Origin: an uncultured Verrucomicrobiae bacterium
GTDB lineage: Bacteria > Verrucomicrobiota > Verrucomicrobiia > Limisphaerales > Palsa-1400
Reading direction: 5' to 3'
DNA: 64,000 bases
Assembly (NCBI GenBank): GCA_963764165.1
Contig: CAVXRD010000002.1
Span: forward strand, 1,120,001-1,184,000
The notes beneath the pieces were generated by a model, which searched no databases, had not been told where the DNA came from, and worked only from the letters and a program-made list of their open reading frames with translations. Position 1 is the first letter of the stretch. Each line of letters opens with the position of its first letter. Shown here piece after piece: positions 61,116 through 64,000 of this stretch. The position numbers and the translations under genes are program-made.

Positions 61116-61186
61116 GGCTCTCTCAATTGACGCGTCTCGATAATTTCACGCGGTTGGCCCGGACGCCTCGGCGAGGCGTCCCTGCC
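61083..61186. repeat. REPIN overlapping the rpe 3' end
   Basis: Same family as 22238-22340. Confidence 0.8.
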
Positions 61187-61328
61187 TTGGATTCCTGCCA
61201 TCGCAGGCTTGCGCTCTTTCCGCGACAATTCTAGTGTTAGTCCACAGAAATTTCCAATGACTGCGGCAAGGACATTTTCAGACGAGGCGGCCGCCCGCGG
61301 CGCAGCCAAATAAATTCTTAATCACCAC

Positions 61329-61829
61329 ATGCTTTCATCACACGAACTCTTCGGCTTCATGAGTCCAGACTTGGCTTCGAGAATCATCGAATCCGCGCAC
61401 GACGAAAACAAGGAACTCTATCACAGCGCCATGAGCGCGGTGGCCGAGGCGAAGAAATTGCGGCCCTCATTTTTCGAGCGAACGCCCCGTGCCAGCCGCC
61501 ACAAGGAAATGGCGGTCGTCCTGTCGCGTCCGCGCCTGGAAATGATATCCGCCAATCTTTTGCGCGAATGGCTCATGCGCAAGCAAACGCCGATGCTCGT
61601 CGCGTTCCTGGACTCCCTCGGCGTGCCGAACAAGGACGGCGCCGTCGACGATCTCCCGGCGACCATGGAAGACGCTAAATTGAACACCGCTGTCGAGCTG
61701 CTGCTGTCGAAATTTCCCGCCGAGGAAGTGGCCGTGTATTTGAATGCGTTCTACACCATGAACGACGTCCGCTGGCCGAACTTGGAAACGATGCTGAAGA
61801 ACGATCCCCGCCTGCAATTTGGGGGATAG
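61329..61829 (+). CDS. Hypothetical protein
   Basis: 166 aa with typical codon usage; ML.AFLD.LG.P..DG...YL..F motif; function not recognised. Confidence 0.8.
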   Translation: MLSSHELFGFMSPDLASRIIESAHDENKELYHSAMSAVAEAKKLRPSFFERTPRASRHKEMAVVLSRPRLEMISANLLREWLMRKQTPMLVAFLDSLGVPNKDGAVDDLPATMEDAKLNTAVELLLSKFPAEEVAVYLNAFYTMNDVRWPNLETMLKNDPRLQFGG

Positions 61830-61887
61830 ATTGCCTGCGGAAGATGCCGGAGGCATCACAGCTTTTAGCCGGTGGTTGAGCGAAGCG

Positions 61888-63187
61888 CATGCGTGTCCAG
61901 TTATAAGTGAAACAAAGGCAATGTGTTACGACTTTCCGAATCGTTTTCGGAAATGGCGTTTGTTGCAAGCAGCTCACCCAGAGGGGTTTGCTCAAACGCG
62001 CTGACGCTGAAAATTTGCAGGATTTCATACAGACTTTTCTCCAATTTCCAATGCTTTTTGGCGATGGCCACCAAGAGGTAAGTGCAAATGGCGCACCATA
62101 TCTGGCATTGAATGGCGTTGCGGGAATGGCCGATGAAGCGGCGGATCCGCAGGTGCTGCTTGATCCATTTGAAGAACAGCTCCACCCTCCATCGCTTTTT
62201 GTATAATTCACAAATGGTCAGAGGAGGCAGTTCGAAATCATTGGTCAGAAACACCAGCGTGCGCTCTTCCAGCGCGTCCCGAAAAACCACTCGCCTGAGC
62301 GGAACCGGATACCGGCCTTTGGAGTCTTCGCCAGTCAAGCGAATGGTTTGATCGCACCGCAAACCGCCATCCTTGTCAACGACGCGAGATGCCTTCACCC
62401 TGAATTTGATCTGCCGCTTGTTGCGCACGACGAATTTGGCCCCGGCGGTTTCCACATTCATCAGCCTGGCGAAATCCAAATAGGCCCGGTCCATCACATG
62501 GAAGGCGCCGCGCTCCAAGGGAATCTGGTCGAGCATTTTCACGTCGGGAACAGAGGCTTCCGTGAGCGCCGCCCACACCGGCAGGTCCCCCCGGAAGGAC
62601 AGCATCGTGTGGAGCTTCATCGCGCCGGCGCGGGACCGTCCCCAATAGGCCCAAGGAAAGATTTTGATGCTCAGATGAATGATGGAGCTGTCCAAAGCCA
62701 GCGCGACGGCGGGAAAATCCGGGTCTGCGTTTTCAGGCTGGTAAAGCGCGCGGGCGCGCCGCATCAGCACTTCGGCCACTCCGGCAAAGACCCGCCAATC
62801 CCGGTTTTCGTTGGAGTAAGCCAGATTGGTCCGTGTGATCCTTCCCCGAAAGCCCAAATGATACTGCATGCGTGGACGGGCCTGCAGGCAGGCAACAATG
62901 TCGCGCAGACTCTCACGGTAAGTCAATTGTCCGAAACACAGAGCCAGGAAATGGTCGTAGGCGCTGAACGAGCGCGAGGAGCGCTTCATGGGAAAGGCCT
63001 CAGCGCAACGCCGAAATTCGGACGGATAAAGGAGATCGGTTAATTGGGAAAACACGTTTTGGTGGGAAGGCATTTGCCCAGCAAACCCGCTTCCAAACTG
63101 GATATCGAGAACAAACCCCAAATTCCCCAACCCTGCGATAATCAACGACTTTGGGCGCGTTGGCAACGCCTTAACTGGACACGAGTG
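61888..63187 (-). mobile_element. IS4-family insertion sequence, 1300 bp
   Basis: Terminal inverted repeats CATGCGTGTCCAGTTA / CACTCGTGTCCAGTTA (14 of 16 match); 9-bp target duplication AGCGAAGCG at 61879-61887 and 63188-63196. Confidence 0.95.
61901..63073 (-). CDS. IS4-family DDE transposase (390 aa)
   Basis: QLTYRESLRD, ALDSS, MKLH, VMDRAYLD, YKKRWRVELFFKWIKQHL (YREK motif); stop codon lies inside the left IR. Confidence 0.95.
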   Translation of the reverse strand: MPSHQNVFSQLTDLLYPSEFRRCAEAFPMKRSSRSFSAYDHFLALCFGQLTYRESLRDIVACLQARPRMQYHLGFRGRITRTNLAYSNENRDWRVFAGVAEVLMRRARALYQPENADPDFPAVALALDSSIIHLSIKIFPWAYWGRSRAGAMKLHTMLSFRGDLPVWAALTEASVPDVKMLDQIPLERGAFHVMDRAYLDFARLMNVETAGAKFVVRNKRQIKFRVKASRVVDKDGGLRCDQTIRLTGEDSKGRYPVPLRRVVFRDALEERTLVFLTNDFELPPLTICELYKKRWRVELFFKWIKQHLRIRRFIGHSRNAIQCQIWCAICTYLLVAIAKKHWKLEKSLYEILQIFSVSAFEQTPLGELLATNAISENDSESRNTLPLFHL

Positions 63188-63370
63188 AGCGAAGCGACAC
63201 CACCGGACACAACGATGATTATGACTCATCCCGGCAGGGATGACAGCCGCATGGCGGTGCGCTAGTTCATGCTGGCATCCTTCCAGGATGCAGGTTTTTC
63301 TGACATTTTTCCGGTGGTGTCGCTTCGCTCAACCACCGGCTACAAGTTTGCATCCCTGCCGGGATGCAGC
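63188..63370. repeat. Remainder of the REPIN interrupted by the IS4 element
   Basis: Removing the IS restores AGCCGGTGGTTGAGCGAAGCGACACCACCGG, whose inverted partner is at 63311-63341. Confidence 0.85.
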
Positions 63371-63377
63371 CCACGGC

Positions 63378-64000
63378 TTACTGCACGTAAGCCGCCAAGC
63401 CCTGCACGCCGCCCTCGCGCCCGAACCCGCTTTCCTTGTAGCCGCCGAACGGGCTCGCCGGGTCAAATTTGTTGTAGCTGTTGGCCCAGACCACGCCCGC
63501 GCGCAGCTTGCTGACCATTTTGAAAATTTTGCTGCCCTTGTCCGTCCAAACGCCAGCGCTCAATCCGTAGGGCGTATTGTTGGCCCGCTCAATTGCTTCT
63601 TCCGGCGTGCGAAACGTCATCACGCTCAATACCGGGCCAAAAATCTCCTCTCGCGCCACGCGATGGGACATGGTGACGTTTGTCAAAAACGTTGGCGCGA
63701 ACCAAAAACCTTTTGCGGGCAGGGCGCAGGCGGATTGCTCGATTTCCGCCCCTTCCTCCTCGCCGCTGCGGACAAGTTCGCGAATTTTGTCCAATTGCGA
63801 GCGCGAATTGATTGCGCCGATGTCCGTGTTCTTGTCCTGCGGATCCCCCACCCTCAACGTCTGGATGCGGTCGCGCAATTTCTTGATGACGGCGTTGTAA
63901 ATCCCCTCCTGCACAAACAGCCGCGAACCCGCGCAGCAAACGTGGCCCTGGTTGAAATAAATTCCGCCGATCACGCCTTCGACGGCCTGGTCAATCGGCG
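63378..64000 (-). CDS. Aldehyde dehydrogenase, C-terminal part (5' end outside the window)
   Basis: FNQGHVCCAGSR, EEIFGPV, NNTPYGLSAGVWT, PFGGYKESGFGREGG. Confidence 0.95.
   Translation of the reverse strand, partial: PIDQAVEGVIGGIYFNQGHVCCAGSRLFVQEGIYNAVIKKLRDRIQTLRVGDPQDKNTDIGAINSRSQLDKIRELVRSGEEEGAEIEQSACALPAKGFWFAPTFLTNVTMSHRVAREEIFGPVLSVMTFRTPEEAIERANNTPYGLSAGVWTDKGSKIFKMVSKLRAGVVWANSYNKFDPASPFGGYKESGFGREGGVQGLAAYVQ

Noticed and set aside
63074..63229. N-terminal extension of the transposase in the ORF track
   Set aside because: It extends beyond the right IR (63187) into REP sequence; ATG 63073 is the plausible start.

Overview
A GC-rich bacterial chromosomal window. The protein families suggest Verrucomicrobiota, probably Pedosphaera/Limisphaera-like (inference). 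Housekeeping content: tRNA-Tyr, mtnA, an hpnA-like epimerase, prmA, a peroxiredoxin, an extended SUF operon (sufB-C-D-U-T-S, a CxxC/pseudo-rhodanese fusion and a second, IscU-type scaffold), an AhbAB/NirDL-like protein, rhaB, ftsH, rpe and a partial aldehyde dehydrogenase. Accessory content: (i) four large exported proteins sharing a C-terminal ...W...F(F/Y)RL domain and lacking an autotransporter barrel; (ii) two divergent ECF sigma factor + Ser/Thr kinase modules, with a shared TGAAAC-N20/21-GTATG motif upstream of the WD40 kinase gene and both neighbouring adhesin-like paralogs (best candidate for an undescribed system: a phosphorylation-controlled ECF regulon for surface proteins); (iii) two PIN toxin-antitoxin pairs, each bracketed by direct repeats and each with a predicted leaderless promoter holding a palindrome; (iv) at least five REP-like hairpin families, one copy interrupted by a complete IS4-family element with a 9-bp target duplication; (v) several pseudogenes or frameshifts. 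All calls come from reading the sequence by eye; no database searches were run.
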